The position numbers and the translations under genes were made by a program. From the human T2T-CHM13v2.0 reference genome, Homo sapiens: DNA of 64,000 bases. The number at the start of each line of letters is the position of its first letter. Within the stretch, counting starts at the first letter, position 1. Positions 18,130 through 33,711 of this stretch are shown here, in pieces. The DNA lies in assembly GCF_009914755.1 (NCBI RefSeq), contig NC_060941.1; one strand, 5' to 3'. The notes below the pieces were generated by a model, which ran no database searches, had not been told where the DNA came from, and saw nothing but the letters and a program-made list of their open reading frames with translations.

Positions 18130-18427
18130 ATTTTTTTTTTTTTTCCTGATAGTTTCGCTCTTGTTGCCCAGACGGGAGTGCAGTGGTGCGATCTTGGCTC
18201 ACCGCAACCTCCGCCTTTCCTGGGTTCAAGTGATTCTCCTGCCTAAGCCTCCCGAGTAGCTGGGATTACAGGCATGCCCCACCACACCTGACTAATTGTG
18301 TATTTTTAGCAGAGACGGGGTTTCTCCATGTTAGTCAGGCTGGTCTTGAACTCTCGACCTCAGGTGATCCACCCTCCTCGGCCTCCCAAAGTGCTGAGAT
18401 TACAGGCGTGAGCCACCGCACCCAGCC
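18130..18427 (-). mobile_element. AluSp-like
   Basis: Reverse Alu; TSD gaggtcctaaa. Confidence 0.94.
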
Positions 18428-19249
18428 GAGGTCCTAAATTTAAATGTTAACATCAGAGAAGACTATCTAATGTAAAGTAGTCACCTAGTCACAATTATAT
18501 CACCCTATACCTCTGCACAATACTCAATAACTCTATTGCTGAATGAATTTATTCAAAGGGTATTTAAAGTATATCTATGAAAAGGCTGCCTGAAGAGGAG
18601 ACAGCATCATTAACATCAGACATAACTTGCCATGGGCTCCTTCCTTTGGGGTAAAAATACTCTACTCCTAAAGCAAAATGACCTTGTTACCCTCTCTAAG
18701 TTTGCTTCATCTTCTCCTATGCTTCACTGCAAACTTAAGGAATCTTCTATTCCTCAACCCATTGCTGGCTGCTCTCTTGAAGGGGAATATTTTTACACCT
18801 TTCTTAGATGTATTCCTTTCTCTGCAGCATTCGTGATCTCTCCCTGCTTACATTCCTGTCATCACTCGATATTTCAGATTCTTCTCCTTGCTCTGTTTTG
18901 TGATCATTCCTCAGTCTCCTTTACTAGATTATCTTCGTCCACTGTTGCTCCCCATCATTTAATCCTCAATCATTTTCTCAATCTACATTCTCTGTGTCAA
19001 TTTTTTGTTTTTTCACCAGTCAGACATATCTTTATGGCAATTTCATCCATCCCAACAATGTCAAATTTCTACCTTTATACAAGTTTTCCAAATCTCTACA
19101 ACTCTCACCTCTCTCATAAGCCTCAGACCATTCTCCAATAACTGTTATATATCTCAATGGGGTGTCTCAGTAGCAAATCAAATCCAACTCAAAATTCTTC
19201 CCTCCAACAGTCTTTCTAAATACCAAAGCCATTAAAAAAACTGGTGAAC

Positions 19250-19443
19250 TTGGGGATGAGGGAGTGGGACTGGGGAGATGTAGGTCAAGGGGTACAAAGT
19301 TGCAGATGGGTAGGATGAATTCATCTAGAGATCTACTGTACAACATGAGGGCTATACTTAATAATATCGTATTGTATAATGGAAGTTTGCCAGAAGAGAT
19401 TTTAGGTGCTTTTACCACCTACGCGGGAACACACACACACGCG

Positions 19444-19474
<31 letters not shown>

Positions 19475-19585
19475 GGTAACTGTCAGATAATGGATATGTT
19501 AATTGGTTTGATTATAGTAATCATTTCACTATGCATATGCAAATCAAAACATTATGCTGCATACCTCAAATATATACAATTTTTA
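19250..19585 (+). mobile_element. L1MA/L1MB 3' end fragment
   Basis: ggtcaaggggtacaaagtt...tagtaatcatttcactatgcatat...aaatatatacaattttta. Confidence 0.8.
19429..19474 (+). repeat. Compound (AC)n(GC)n(AC)n microsatellite
   Basis: Direct reading. Confidence 0.95.
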
Positions 19586-19587
19586 CT

Positions 19588-19920
<333 letters not shown>

Positions 19921-20111
19921 TAAGCACCATAAACAAAGCCAAAAGACAAACTAAAAAAAAAAAAAAAAGCTTGTAACACATGACAAAGGGACTTAATAAA
20001 AAATTGATATATAAATTATTTCTGTGAAATCAATTGGGTGTTATCTAGTACAGTGGAAAATACATGTACCCTAAAACTTAGTAACTCCACTTTTAACAAT
20101 ACATGTGCTAG

Positions 20112-20258
20112 AGCTGTGATTCTGAAGTGTAGAGTGCACCACAATCTCCTTTTAAACAGATTGCTGGCCCCACCCCCAGAGTTTCTGATTCAGAGATTTG
20201 GGATGGGCCCAAGTTTGCATTTCTAACAAGTTCCCAGATGATCCTTTGAGAACTGCTG
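20112..20258. mobile_element. MER5A (hAT-Charlie MITE)
   Basis: cagattgctggccccacccccagagtttctgattcag...tttgcatttctaacaagttcccag. Confidence 0.8.
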
Positions 20259-20408
20259 TCCTAGAGAAACGCTAAACGTGGGCACAAGATACAGACAAGG
20301 GTTTTCAATGCGGCACCATTAATAACAGTGAAAACTAGAAACACACTGAAAATCTTTAGTAGGGGAATAGATAACTAATTTGTATTATTTCCATGTAATA
20401 GAAAACTA

Positions 20409-20765
<357 letters not shown>

Positions 20766-21521
20766 TCAAACACAGAGCTAATAAAAAAAAGCAAGTTTAG
20801 GAATGACATGTACAGTACATTATTTATGCAAATTTAAGGTTTATATATTATTTACAGATATACGATACAGTAAAAGTAAAAAACAACAACAACAACAAAA
20901 AACAGCCTTGACAGCCTATATATCAGTTTCATACTGGGAGAGGGAAGGAAGGAGAAGGAGACTGGGAAAATAATGTAAGATGCTTCAAGTTTATCTCTTG
21001 TGATTCTTTTAAAATAAGGATACAAAGAAAATATGATAATACAAATATCTGTTAATTAGGGATGACAGGTACTTGGGTATAAACTACTTTTTGTAGTGTT
21101 CTGCTTTATTTTTATCGTTTTGATATTGGAGCAATTGTGTAAGGATATATTCCATTATATCACACATCTCTGGTTTATAATATACAAGGGAGAAATTTCC
21201 TGAACACCTAGTTTGTTTTCAAAGGCCAAACAATATGAATCTTATAACTGATCATGTTGCCCTCCTTGCTTGGCTACTAAGAAATCCTGAGACAAGTTTG
21301 TGACTCATCTTTTAAAACTATAAGCCCATATGCCTGCTTTAGATGCTATATTTTATACAGGATCATTCTATAATAGTTTTATTATAGTTCATTCTATAAT
21401 AGTTTTATTTTCTTAATTATTCCCTTTGCTATAATTCTCTCAACTTTTAATCTTTTATATGTTAAGTATTTTTGGAATCTGCCTCAAATCCTCTGCAGAA
21501 AGAGGTATAACAAGTAACAAC

Positions 21522-21808
21522 AGGCTGGGCATGGTGGCTTATGCCTGTAATCCCAGCACTTTGGGAAGCCAAGGCAGGCGGGTCACCTGAGGTCAGGAGT
21601 TCGAGATCAGCCTGGCCAACATGGCGAAACCCCATCTCTACTAAAAATACAAAAATTAGCCGGGTGTGATAATGCGTGCCTGTAATCCCAGCTACTTGGG
21701 AGGTTGAGACAGAGAGTAGCTTGAACCCAGGAGGTGGAGGTGGAGGTTGCAGTGAGCCAAGATGTCGCCATTGCACTCTAGCCTGGGAGACAGAGGAAAA
21801 AAAAAAAG
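21522..21808 (+). mobile_element. AluS
   Basis: Alu consensus; TSD aagtaacaaca. Confidence 0.93.
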
Positions 21809-21971
21809 TAACAACAAATCACACAATAACTCAACTCACAAATATTCACTGACTACTTAAATAATAAACACGGAGATTAATAAACTACAGTTGCACTTTC
21901 ACAGAGTAATACTCATAAATGAAATGAGATGTTATTCCCATGGTCATAAACACTATCTTACAGGAATTTCC

Positions 21972-22258
21972 TTTTTTTTGAGACGGAATCTTTCTCTGTC
22001 GCCCAGGCTGGAGTGCAGTGGCGATCTTGGCTCACTGCAAGCTCCGCCTCCCGGGTTCATGCCATTCTCCTGCCTCAGCCTCCTGAGTTGCTGGGACTAC
22101 AGGCACCCGCCACCATGCCCAGCTAATTTTTTGTATTTTTAGTAGAGACAGGGTTTCACCATGTTAGCCAGGATGGTCTCGATCTCCTGACCTCGTGATT
22201 TGCCCACCTTGGCCTCCCAAAGTGCTGGGATTACAGGCATGAGCCACCACGCCCGGCC
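21972..22258 (-). mobile_element. AluY
   Basis: gcaagctccgcctcc and gccaggatggtctcgatc; TSD aggaattt. Confidence 0.93.
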
Positions 22259-23659
22259 AGGAATTTACAATTAAAGAATCTGTGAAATCACAAATGAAGC
22301 TAACATGGTGTGCTGTCTCACTTAAGCTAGCAACCTAAGCACTGCAGTGGCATTTGGGCCTCCCTGGCTTGTGCAATTCATGATTCCATGATAACATGAA
22401 GAAAAGAAGCCAAATGCTACTGTGGTCACCTCCAAGATAGGCTTGCATTTGATGGAAAACACATTCTTAAAGAACTGTTTTATTTTTCCATTAACAAGTA
22501 AGTATAAATGAGCTAGTTTTACAAATCCCAATTATCATTAATGGCCAGAATGAAATTTCAAAATTCCTACTTTGGGACAGGGTGGCAATGAAGGTTTGAT
22601 TTTATGCATTAGTTAAGAACAAAAAATTTGGCTCTGGAGAGGTGGATTATAGGCACAGCTCTACACTGAGTAATCCTAAAATACCAATTTGAACTTATTT
22701 TGAGGTTAAAAAAACTTCAAACTGATCTAACAATGAACAATTTATGAATTATCTAAGCCCAGGAAAAGGCCAAATTTTAATAACTGGTTTATTTTAATGC
22801 CTTAATTGTTGTTACTCATCCTTGGTTCATTATTATAACCAGAAAAAAGAAACTACTACTTTGATCTTGACCATTTTTTCCCACCTTTTTTTGCTTCTGA
22901 CTTATTTTGTAGCTACATCTTTTCCCTTCTTCTAATTTTTAAAAATCTCTAACCTCACAGCCAGCAGAACTGGAGAATCTGTCTCAGACTCTGAGGAGCT
23001 CTTAACCAAACAACCTGCTGGAAAGGAAATTGACTAGGACAGCACAAGTCTAATTAATTTCACTCATAGCAGGAACCATGGGCAAAGTGTTCATCAGCAA
23101 AGTAGCCTAGTGCTACATGAACTCTCTAGCACTTCATGCCAACTGCTGCAGATGACCAGCAGAAAAAAATTTTAGAAAAGAGGAGACCTACCTGAGGGTT
23201 AGAGTTCGAGAACCTCTGCAGCAGACAGCTAAAGCCAAAATATATTGCTCTTGCCTTCAAACAAGTTAAGACAGTCTGTCTGCATTCTCTATTGAGAAAT
23301 TTATTTTCCAAAGCTTACCAAACTTTCTAGTACGCTCAAACTCTGAGGCTGAACATATACCACCATTTATTTTCCTGCTTACTCTATTAAATTCTGACCT
23401 GTGAGAACAGACCTCTTCGAGTTACATAAAAAAATGCACTTTAAAATATCTCTGTCAACTGTAATACTGCTTAATTTCCAACGAAGGTAGTATCAGCTAG
23501 CAACTAATAAAAATCTCTAATGGAATGCTTCCTAGTGGGTATTATAAGACCATGAAGTCATTAACCAGTTTTGATGTGATTCAAGCCAACAATATAATTT
23601 CTAACTAGAATATTAAACTTTGGAGGACAGACAGAAGGACAAAAAAAAAAAATGAATTA

Positions 23660-23865
23660 CAGGTTGAGTATCCCTGCTCTGAAAAGTTCCAAAATCCAAA
23701 AGTTTTTGAGCACTGACATGACATGCTCGTTGGAACACTTTGGATTTCAGATTAGGAATGTTGAAACAGTAAGTACGTAACAAAACTATTCCAAAAAATC
23801 TGGAAAAATCTGAAATCCAAAACACTCTGGTCCCAAGCATTTCCGATAAGTGGATATTCAACCTG
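23660..23865 (+). mobile_element. Tigger4/MER46-type MITE
   Basis: TIRs caggttgagtatcc / ggatattcaacctg with TA target duplication. Confidence 0.85.
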
Positions 23866-24071
23866 TAATGCTGTCGTGATGCACAGATAATGCTTTCAAC
23901 TGAACCTACGGTGCACTTCTTTCCTGCCTTCTTTTATACTTATGAACACTTCTGCTGACTCCTGTAGACTTCAAGCTCCTTAAACAGAACCTGCAACTAT
24001 TCTATATATCCCTTATCACCTAGCACAGCCTGCCTGGAACTCAAGGAATTCAGTACAAATACTCTGATGAA

Positions 24072-24367
<296 letters not shown>

Positions 24368-25729
24368 TACTCTGATGACTGAAACACTCATCCAGTTGCA
24401 TTCAAGTTCATTAAGTTTTCTGGTTTTTTTTCACATATCTCTAAAACAGCCCTTTGAACAATGCTGAGTATATCAGATTTGCAATGTAATGAGAATAATT
24501 AATTTGTTATTTCAGATAAATTATATTACAAAGCCCAAAACTCCCAGCCCGGTACCTCTAATCCCAGTCCTGGTAAAACTGAGTTTTTCATCCAGTATCA
24601 AGTATATATTTATTCTACAAGAGGAGAAAGCCTTGTTATAATTTCATTTTGAAAACAAAAATCAGTAACTTATCTGAACTAAACTCTTGCATAATCAGAA
24701 TTCTTTCAAGATAGAAGACAAATTCCCTGTACAATAAAGGAAAATGTCCCAATAGTTTATTTTGCAGTATTTACAGAACTAGGCTAGAACACCCTCTGAA
24801 AAGTGTTACACAGACAGCTTGTGCAGTCACTTTTTAAATCTTTCACTTATTTCCCATGAGCATTTCTCCATCATCAGTCTAATCTACTTATCCAGAGAAT
24901 TAAATCAACCAGTTAACAGAGAGAGAGGCATGAATCTCATACATGATATCTATGAATTAGCCTTACTTATATCCATCAGTTTTAAGATGACAGGAACAAG
25001 ATTGTGAAGATATTAGATTGAATCATGAAACTGTTGTTTTATATGACAAAAATAGTTGAATATCAGCAATTTCATGTGGTTCAACATAATACACAGCATG
25101 TACAAGCTAGATGGCTGGGAACAGACCAGAGAATGGTCTGTTAGGGACTTTTTAAAAGCCTCTCTCTCTGCTTTCTTCTGGTTTAAAGCTTTGTACAGTT
25201 TCCAAGTAAAGAAAAGCCCCAGTGTCATAACTATTTTCAACCCGAGATGTTTGCGTTTTCCAAAACAGAAGATGCCAAAAAGATTGACGACAATTGCAAA
25301 AACAAACAAACAAAAAAACTGTAAGACTTTTGTATACTAATTTTTGAGAAACTAATGTGACCAAAAGGAGCCTTTTGTTTTTTCTGTTACAGTGTGCTCA
25401 ATCATACACAGCCCAGGAGGTAATCTTTTCTTTCTCATTACCCCAAGGGTAGTTATTACAGGTCATACTGACTTCTACTGTTGCAAGGTTTAAATGACTT
25501 TTGAATATTTGTTATGAGTAAACTTTCTGCAGTTCAATCTAGTCCAACAAAATACTAAATATACTTAAAAAATTTTTAGAGACACTGCTTAAAATGAAAC
25601 TCAGGGCTTCAGACAGACCTCAATCAGCAAAGGAAAGACTGAGGTTCTCTTATGTCTTTTATCGGGTTCATGCTTTGTAAAACTTTACAAATTAAAGATG
25701 CCTGTTTTTTTGTTTTCTTTCTTTTAAAT

Positions 25730-25867
25730 TTTTTTTAAAAAAAATTTGTATAGACAGAGTCTTGCTATGTTGCCTAGGCTGGTCTCAAGCTCTTGGCCCC
25801 AGGCAATCCTCCTGCCTTGGCTTCTCAAAGCACTGGGAATATAGGCATGAACCACTGTGCCCAGCCT
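25730..25867 (-). mobile_element. FLAM_C/AluJ left monomer
   Basis: Reverse monomer only. Confidence 0.8.
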
Positions 25868-25949
25868 GTTTTCATTTTTTAAATTCTTACACTGCACCTA
25901 TAGGGGGATTACCGATACCAAGTGAATCTAGAGATCAAGAAAAAAGTCC

Positions 25950-26620
25950 ACAGCCTTACAGAAAAATGGGCAAAGAACAACCAACGGTGTACAGAAATGG
26001 AAATACCCAATGGTTCTTAAATATATGAAAAGATGTTCAACTCTCATTCAAGATAAAAATGCAAATTAAATCACACATTGATTCACCCACTGAATTGGCA
26101 AAGATCAAAATGTTTGATAACACTTACCCAGGGTAAAGAAAACATTTCTGGTTGGTGTATAAATTGTTACAATCTCTGTGAAGGGCAATGTCTATCAAAG
26201 TAAAAAATGTGCATCCCCTTTAATCCAGCAATTTCACTTCTAGAAATGTATCCCTACTGATATGTTTTAAAGGACAAATATAAAAGGTTTTTCACTGTGG
26301 GGACTATTTATAAAACACGTGAAAATGGAAATAACCTAAAAGTTCATCAACAGTGGATTAAATAAACTATGATACAGATAATGTAATAATATGCATCTCT
26401 TAAAAAATAAGGAAGCTCCATTTTTTAATAGAAAATATACATTTGTTTTAACATATAGAATATCTCCCAAAAGACACAAGGCTCTAGGGATGCTGGTTAC
26501 TCCCATGGGAGGAAACTGGGTACACCTGAGTGGGAAGAAGTCCCACTGTATTCCTCTTAATACTTTCTGAATTTTGAACCATGTAAATATATTACCTATT
26601 CAAATAGTAAATTAAAAAAT
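25950..26620 (+). mobile_element. Old L1M(E) fragment
   Basis: atatgaaaagatgttcaactctc...ccctttaatccagcaatttcacttctagaa. Confidence 0.7.
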
Positions 26621-26719
26621 TTAAAAAGGAATTAGCAGCCTTTACAATTAATTTTTCCAAGTTGTGAAGAGGCTTATACATCGAGACCCACATGAGAGAC
26701 AAGAAAGGAATTCTTCAGT

Positions 26720-27195
26720 GGCCTCCATTGCTATCTGAGTAAAATCAACCTTTTCATCATGACCACCATGGCCTCAGCATACCTCCCTGACCTTCTCTAA
26801 CAATCTTCTCAATCCTGATGTTTTAGTCACTCAGGGCTTTAACTCTAATCCACAAACACATTGGGCTCTTTCCTCAGCCTAGAAAGCTCTTTCTTCCCTC
26901 AGGTCTTTTTATAGGTGGGTCCTTCTTGTCATTTAGGTCTCCTAGCAAATGAAGTTATCTTCAGAGGAGTCTTCCCTGACCACCCAATCTGAAGCCACTT
27001 CCACTTCTAGCCTATTCCTCTCATCACATTACCCTATTTTATTTTCTTCTTTATTACCACTACCTGAAATTATCTTGTTTTTATTTTTTCACTTGTCTAT
27101 TGTGTTCCCTACTAGAAGTTAAGCTCAACGAGAATAGTATCCCCCTGTGCCTAGAATGGCATAACAGGCACTCAGTAAATATTTGTTCAATGAAA
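26720..27195 (+). mobile_element. L2 3' region
   Basis: tcagaggagtcttccctgaccaccc...ggcactcagtaaatatttgttcaatgaa. Confidence 0.75.
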
Positions 27196-27503
27196 TTTTG
27201 GTTGAGCAATTAGACTCCTTCTCTTTTGGGATCATTTTTCCCTAATGAGTTCTAGTTAATAAATTAAAGTTTAGGAGTTGTTGAATGAATGTAGCTATAG
27301 GAATCCAGGCATACTTTTAAAACAATAAAACATTTTAAAAAGAAAACTATCAAGTCACTCCAACTTTAAGAATTTATTGAGTACATTACAAAACTATTTA
27401 TACCCTTCCCTGATTAAAAATCTTTTCAAATCCAAGAAAACGGAAGAAAAGGGAAACGTACAGAGCTATGGGGGGAGTTCCTGAATCCACAAGACAATAG
27501 TGA

Positions 27504-27890
<387 letters not shown>

Positions 27891-30708
27891 TAAATACTAT
27901 ATATTATAATAAAATTCCAATATATTAAGTGAGGGAAATCCTTAGCATCTACTTATATTTGATCTATTGTTTTTGTATCTGACACTGGGTTGGATTCTGG
28001 ATGTATGGAGAAAAGATAACTAACATTTATTAAATACAGACCAGTGTAAATATGTACATATGTAAAAACATGACTAGGCATATAACTAAATTTTTTCTAT
28101 ACCAGGCTAAGATGTAGAACACATTTCTGGCATAGCCAAATATTTCTCTAATTAAGAGCTGAACTACTTTGTAACTGTTGTATATAAGGAAAACCTAGAA
28201 ACAAGCATAGTATTATGTGTTCAAGTCAGTACTTTTAAGATTTTCCCAGTTTACAGGTATTTCTTAGGTAAGTATAGATTCTAAAATGATTGTGAGGATT
28301 AGATATGCACTTGTACATAAAAAGCCTATTTCTCCTTCCTCTCCTCAATCTGTGTTATAATTTTATAGAAATGCCTAGCTAGTAAGGCTCATCTAGATAG
28401 ATCAAGGCAAGCTGAAGATGAACAAGAAGGTACATGACTCTCAAGTCACTAAACCCAATAGGATAACAACAGAATGCTCCGACTATCAAGCCTCGGTGTG
28501 TGCTGGCAGTTTACAGGCTTACTGCTCTTCTTTCAGGCTATAAATAACTACAAACTGTCCTTGTCCCCAAGGAGACCTTAGCAGCCAGCTCAAAGGTTAA
28601 AATATGGAATAATTCTCACTTTGGATGCAACTTTTCCAGTCAGCAAAAAAAATCAAAAAAGCAGAAAATGTAATGCCAAGTTAAGTTAGGGCAGGGGGAT
28701 CATTCCCTTGCCCTAGAAACTATCCACTATGTAACAGTTATTGATATAAACATGTTAGCAAAATTATTTACCCCAAAAATATGTCCAGGAAGAATGCAAT
28801 GTATCTCTGCTCCAAATGCCGAAGTTTGTCCTAGAAAGGGGCAGATGCCACTCAAACACCTTGTAGGACTGCAACTCCCTGGACCTTAAAAAGACTTCTT
28901 GAATTTTTGTTTTACTTTTAATTTAGGCACAAAGGATTACTGAGCTAAACACATCCACATAACAACATCAGAGGAAAAAATTCCTCTGTCTCCATTTGGA
29001 TGGAGGATCCAGCAGAATAATGGCCGCAACAAGCACAGGTTTCACAAGATCTGGGTTAATACCATCAGGTGACATGCTGCTGTTGTTAATTACAGAACCC
29101 CTGCTAGGAAGAAAAACTCCTCCAGCTGCTTAAAAAAAAAAAAAACAGAAAAAGAGAAAATAGAGTTCCTCAGATTAGACTTTTCCACACTGGGAAATAC
29201 CTGAAATGGAAGGACAGGAATCCGAATCAGGAAACAAACCTGATTACAAAGGGGCTATTTCACTTCAGAGTGGGTCTCAGTTCCAAAAGAGAACATCTTT
29301 AGAAATGAAGTCAGAAAGGCAAACGCAAGCAATCAACAACTTCTCCATTCTCACAAATTAGAATCATGTGTTGATTCCACTAAATGGCTTGGGCACAAAT
29401 CTCTAGGGCCACAAAGAGTGAACTTGGGAAAGATGAAGATTTTAACACGTCCCACATGTTATAAAAGATGCCTCCTCTAGGCTGAGAAAATTTACTTATT
29501 CTAAAGAAGAGCTGAAAAAGGATCAGAAAAGGAGGAAGCAGGGAAAAGCCCTATGGTAAGAAGATTCCATTTATTACATAAGTTAATATTCTCACAGCTG
29601 TTTTCCAATTTGAGAGGTTATGGTCTTTGACCCACTCCCCTCAATGATGACTATGAAGAACCTTATAAAATCTAAACAGTAAACAGATGAAAAGGCTGGC
29701 CCTAATACTATTTAAGCATGTCCAATCTGCAAGGAATTCAAAAACAGAAGAGTCATTTCATGAAACAAATAGAGCTTATATAACCCCACAGAGTCCCCTG
29801 GCTTTTATAGAAGCCAAATTCAACAGGCAGTTCTCTTTGGCCATCTATACTTCAGCCAAGCCATTTAAAAATATTTCTTGCTAACATGATTCGGCTATGG
29901 AAGGGACCCAAGGAATGAATTTCAAAGGAGAAAGTCTAATTAGTCTTAGGGCATACAATTTGAAATAAGTTCATTAACTTGGAAACTGAAAAGGCCCACC
30001 TGCTCCAGGGGATTTGGTCTCCTACAAGGGCAACTGATTATGTTCAGCATTAACTATTACTATCCAGCAGTAAAGAATTCAGTATTCCCACGAGATACTT
30101 TTCTTCCTGAAAGGCACCTAGACCTCCTTCCAACTTTAAAAGAGAAGGGAGGTATATGTATGTTTTTAATCTTCTCCTTTACAGTCTTAACTAAAAAAGC
30201 CTAACTACTATTTACATGGACCACGTGCCTTACCTAGAAACAATCTGCAGAAAATAAATTCCCTCTTCTAACATTATTAAAAATAAGCAAAATTCTATGT
30301 TAATGTTACAGTTCTAAGTAAACGAAATGGAACAAAGGATGGGCAGGAATTTCTCAGTTTTAAATGTTCATTCCAAAATTCATGACTCAAGGAAAAAGTA
30401 AAACCACACAGGCAGACAAAATAGGGAAGGTTAGACAGAATGTCTGTCTTAACAGAATTTCCTGGCTCCTGATGATTTGTGTCAGAATTTAAAAGATTAA
30501 AATGCAATAACACCTATTTAACCCAACATGACTCTGACAAAACATACACAAGCTTTGGAAGCTAAAAATTTCATACTACAAAGTAACAAGTTTTCAGATG
30601 TTACACAAAATGGTGGAGAGTTTTTTTTCTGTAAGTTACCCAGAGAGATATGAGCTCCAAGGTAAAATACACAAAGGCAATTTGTTCAAAATCAAACTCC
30701 TTTTATAA

Positions 30709-31413
<705 letters not shown>

Positions 31414-31874
31414 TTCCTGAAGAACTTTTCTAGGAAGAAAAATAATCTGACTCTAAGGTTTCCGTATCATATATTATCAACCATTGATTAAAAATTTAAA
31501 TTCAAATATCATTTCTCCCCTCCACCATTACTGTAAAGTCTTATCCTATATCTAGAAATCACCAGAGAAGATCAGAATAAATAGTTCTGGCTTACTCCAG
31601 GTAAGAATATTTAGAATAAAACTTTTTTTGAAGACACTTATAGAAAATGTTTATTTAACACTGTAATAATTCTTATTTTAAAAGAAAATCTTACACGCTT
31701 ACCTTATATGACTTTAACTTTTTAACTTTACCTATCATTTGCACTAAAATGAAACAGTAGATTGTACTCAAGAGGTGTATTTTTAAAAGTCATGGTAAAT
31801 GTTTTTATGCATTTCATTCTGCTTTTTCCCTCATGATTAAACTATATTTAAAATAAAACTATGTAAAAACTCAC

Positions 31875-31925
31875 CAAGTTAAGTCAGTAGGAAAACTCTA
31901 ATTTGTCTTGTCTAACAGGAAATCT
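31875..31925 (-). other. SPOP: Probable optional non-coding 5'UTR exon of SPOP (51 nt)
   Basis: Acceptor ctctatttccaacag|AG and donor TTG|gtgagt in non-repeat DNA; SPOP is known to have variants differing in 5'UTR exons. Confidence 0.7.
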
Positions 31926-32089
31926 CTGTTGGAAATAGAGAATATGAATCAGACTTAACTAGATTCTGAATCTCATACAAGTCTTTACTTACTTTGTCTA
32001 TTCCTAAAAAGGAAAAATCTCACAAAAGCAGGTGATATATGAAAGAAGAAATGACTAGTAAAAATTTACTAGTCAAAATTACCATTCTT

Positions 32090-32368
32090 AGGCCAAGGTG
32101 GGTGGATCACTTGAGGCCAGAAGTTCAAGACCAGCCTGGCATCATGGTGAAATCCTGCCTCAACCAAAAATACAAAAAATTAGCCAGGCATGGTGGTGCA
32201 CGACTGTAGTCCCAGTTACTTAGGAGGCTGAGGCACAAGAATTGCTTGAACCCGGTGGAGGAGGGACACGCAGGGCAGGGCAGAGATTCCGGTGACCTCA
32301 AAATCATGCCACCGCACTCCAGTCTGGGTGACAGAGTGATACTCTCTCAAAAAAAACAAACAAAAAAA
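32090..32368 (+). mobile_element. 5'-truncated Alu with G-rich internal insert
   Basis: Alu consensus; TSD aaaattaccattc. Confidence 0.88.
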
Positions 32369-32476
32369 TTACCATTCCTTTATCTCACTAGCTCTGAATG
32401 CTCTATTTCTTAGTCATCTCTCAAAAAAATATTATACTTAGAAATGGAAGTCAGAAAAATCCAAGCTGGTTCTCCT

Positions 32477-32884
<408 letters not shown>

Positions 32885-32995
32885 TAAAGAATTATTATAA
32901 GTTTTTATGTAAAACACCTTTTAAAAAAGTGCTCTATGGGTAAATTACACCAAAGCAAGATGCATTTAAACAAAGCCATGTATCCTATGGTTTTC

Positions 32996-33126
32996 TGTTT
33001 AGAGACAGGGTCTCACTATGCTGCCCCAGCTGGAGTACAGTGGCTACTCACAGGACTGATCATAGTGCACTATCTCAGCCTCCTGAGTAGCTGGCACTAT
33101 GCAGGCACACGCCACCATGCCTGGCC
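32996..33126 (-). mobile_element. FAM-type monomer
   Basis: ggctactcacagg...gatcatagtgcact; TSD cctatggtttt. Confidence 0.75.
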
Positions 33127-33423
33127 CTATGGTTTTAATAAATAACTGTGACAATGAGATGCAGAATGGACTGGATTAATAGTGATTATACAAGGGAGAG
33201 AAAGAGGTTCCTGTTGAAGACTGGAGAGATAGCCAAGCAACACCAACCTCTGATAATCTACCATATCCTACAAAGTAGCTCAAAACAGAAACTGGGATAA
33301 GAGAAGTAGCAATGCTTCTAGGAGTCTAACATAGGCAGAAAATTCCACTGCTATATTCCCTTTTGTGAGAAAATAAAGTATTGCATAAATCATGGGTAAA
33401 TGATTCCTTAAAAATAGAATCTC

Positions 33424-33711
33424 GGCTGGGCACAGTGGCTCACACCTGTAATCCCAGCACTTGTGGGAGGCCGAGGCAGGCGGATCACGAGGTCAGGAGA
33501 TTGAGACCAGCCTGACCAACATGGTGAAACCCCGTCTCTACTAAAAATACAAAAATTAACTGGGCATGGTGGTGCACGCCTGTAGTCCCAGCTACTGGGG
33601 AGGCTGAGGCAGGAAAATCACTTGAACCCCACAGTGGTTGCCGTGAACAGAGATCGCACCACTGCACTCCAACCTGGTGACAGAGTGAGACTCCGTCTCA
33701 AAAAAAAAAAA
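33424..33711 (+). mobile_element. AluS
   Basis: TSD aaaaatagaatctc. Confidence 0.93.

Noticed and set aside
18632-19141. 169-aa plus-strand ORF
   Set aside because: Pyrimidine-rich, S/F/L/H-biased, probably old L2 sequence; no recognisable domain or promoter
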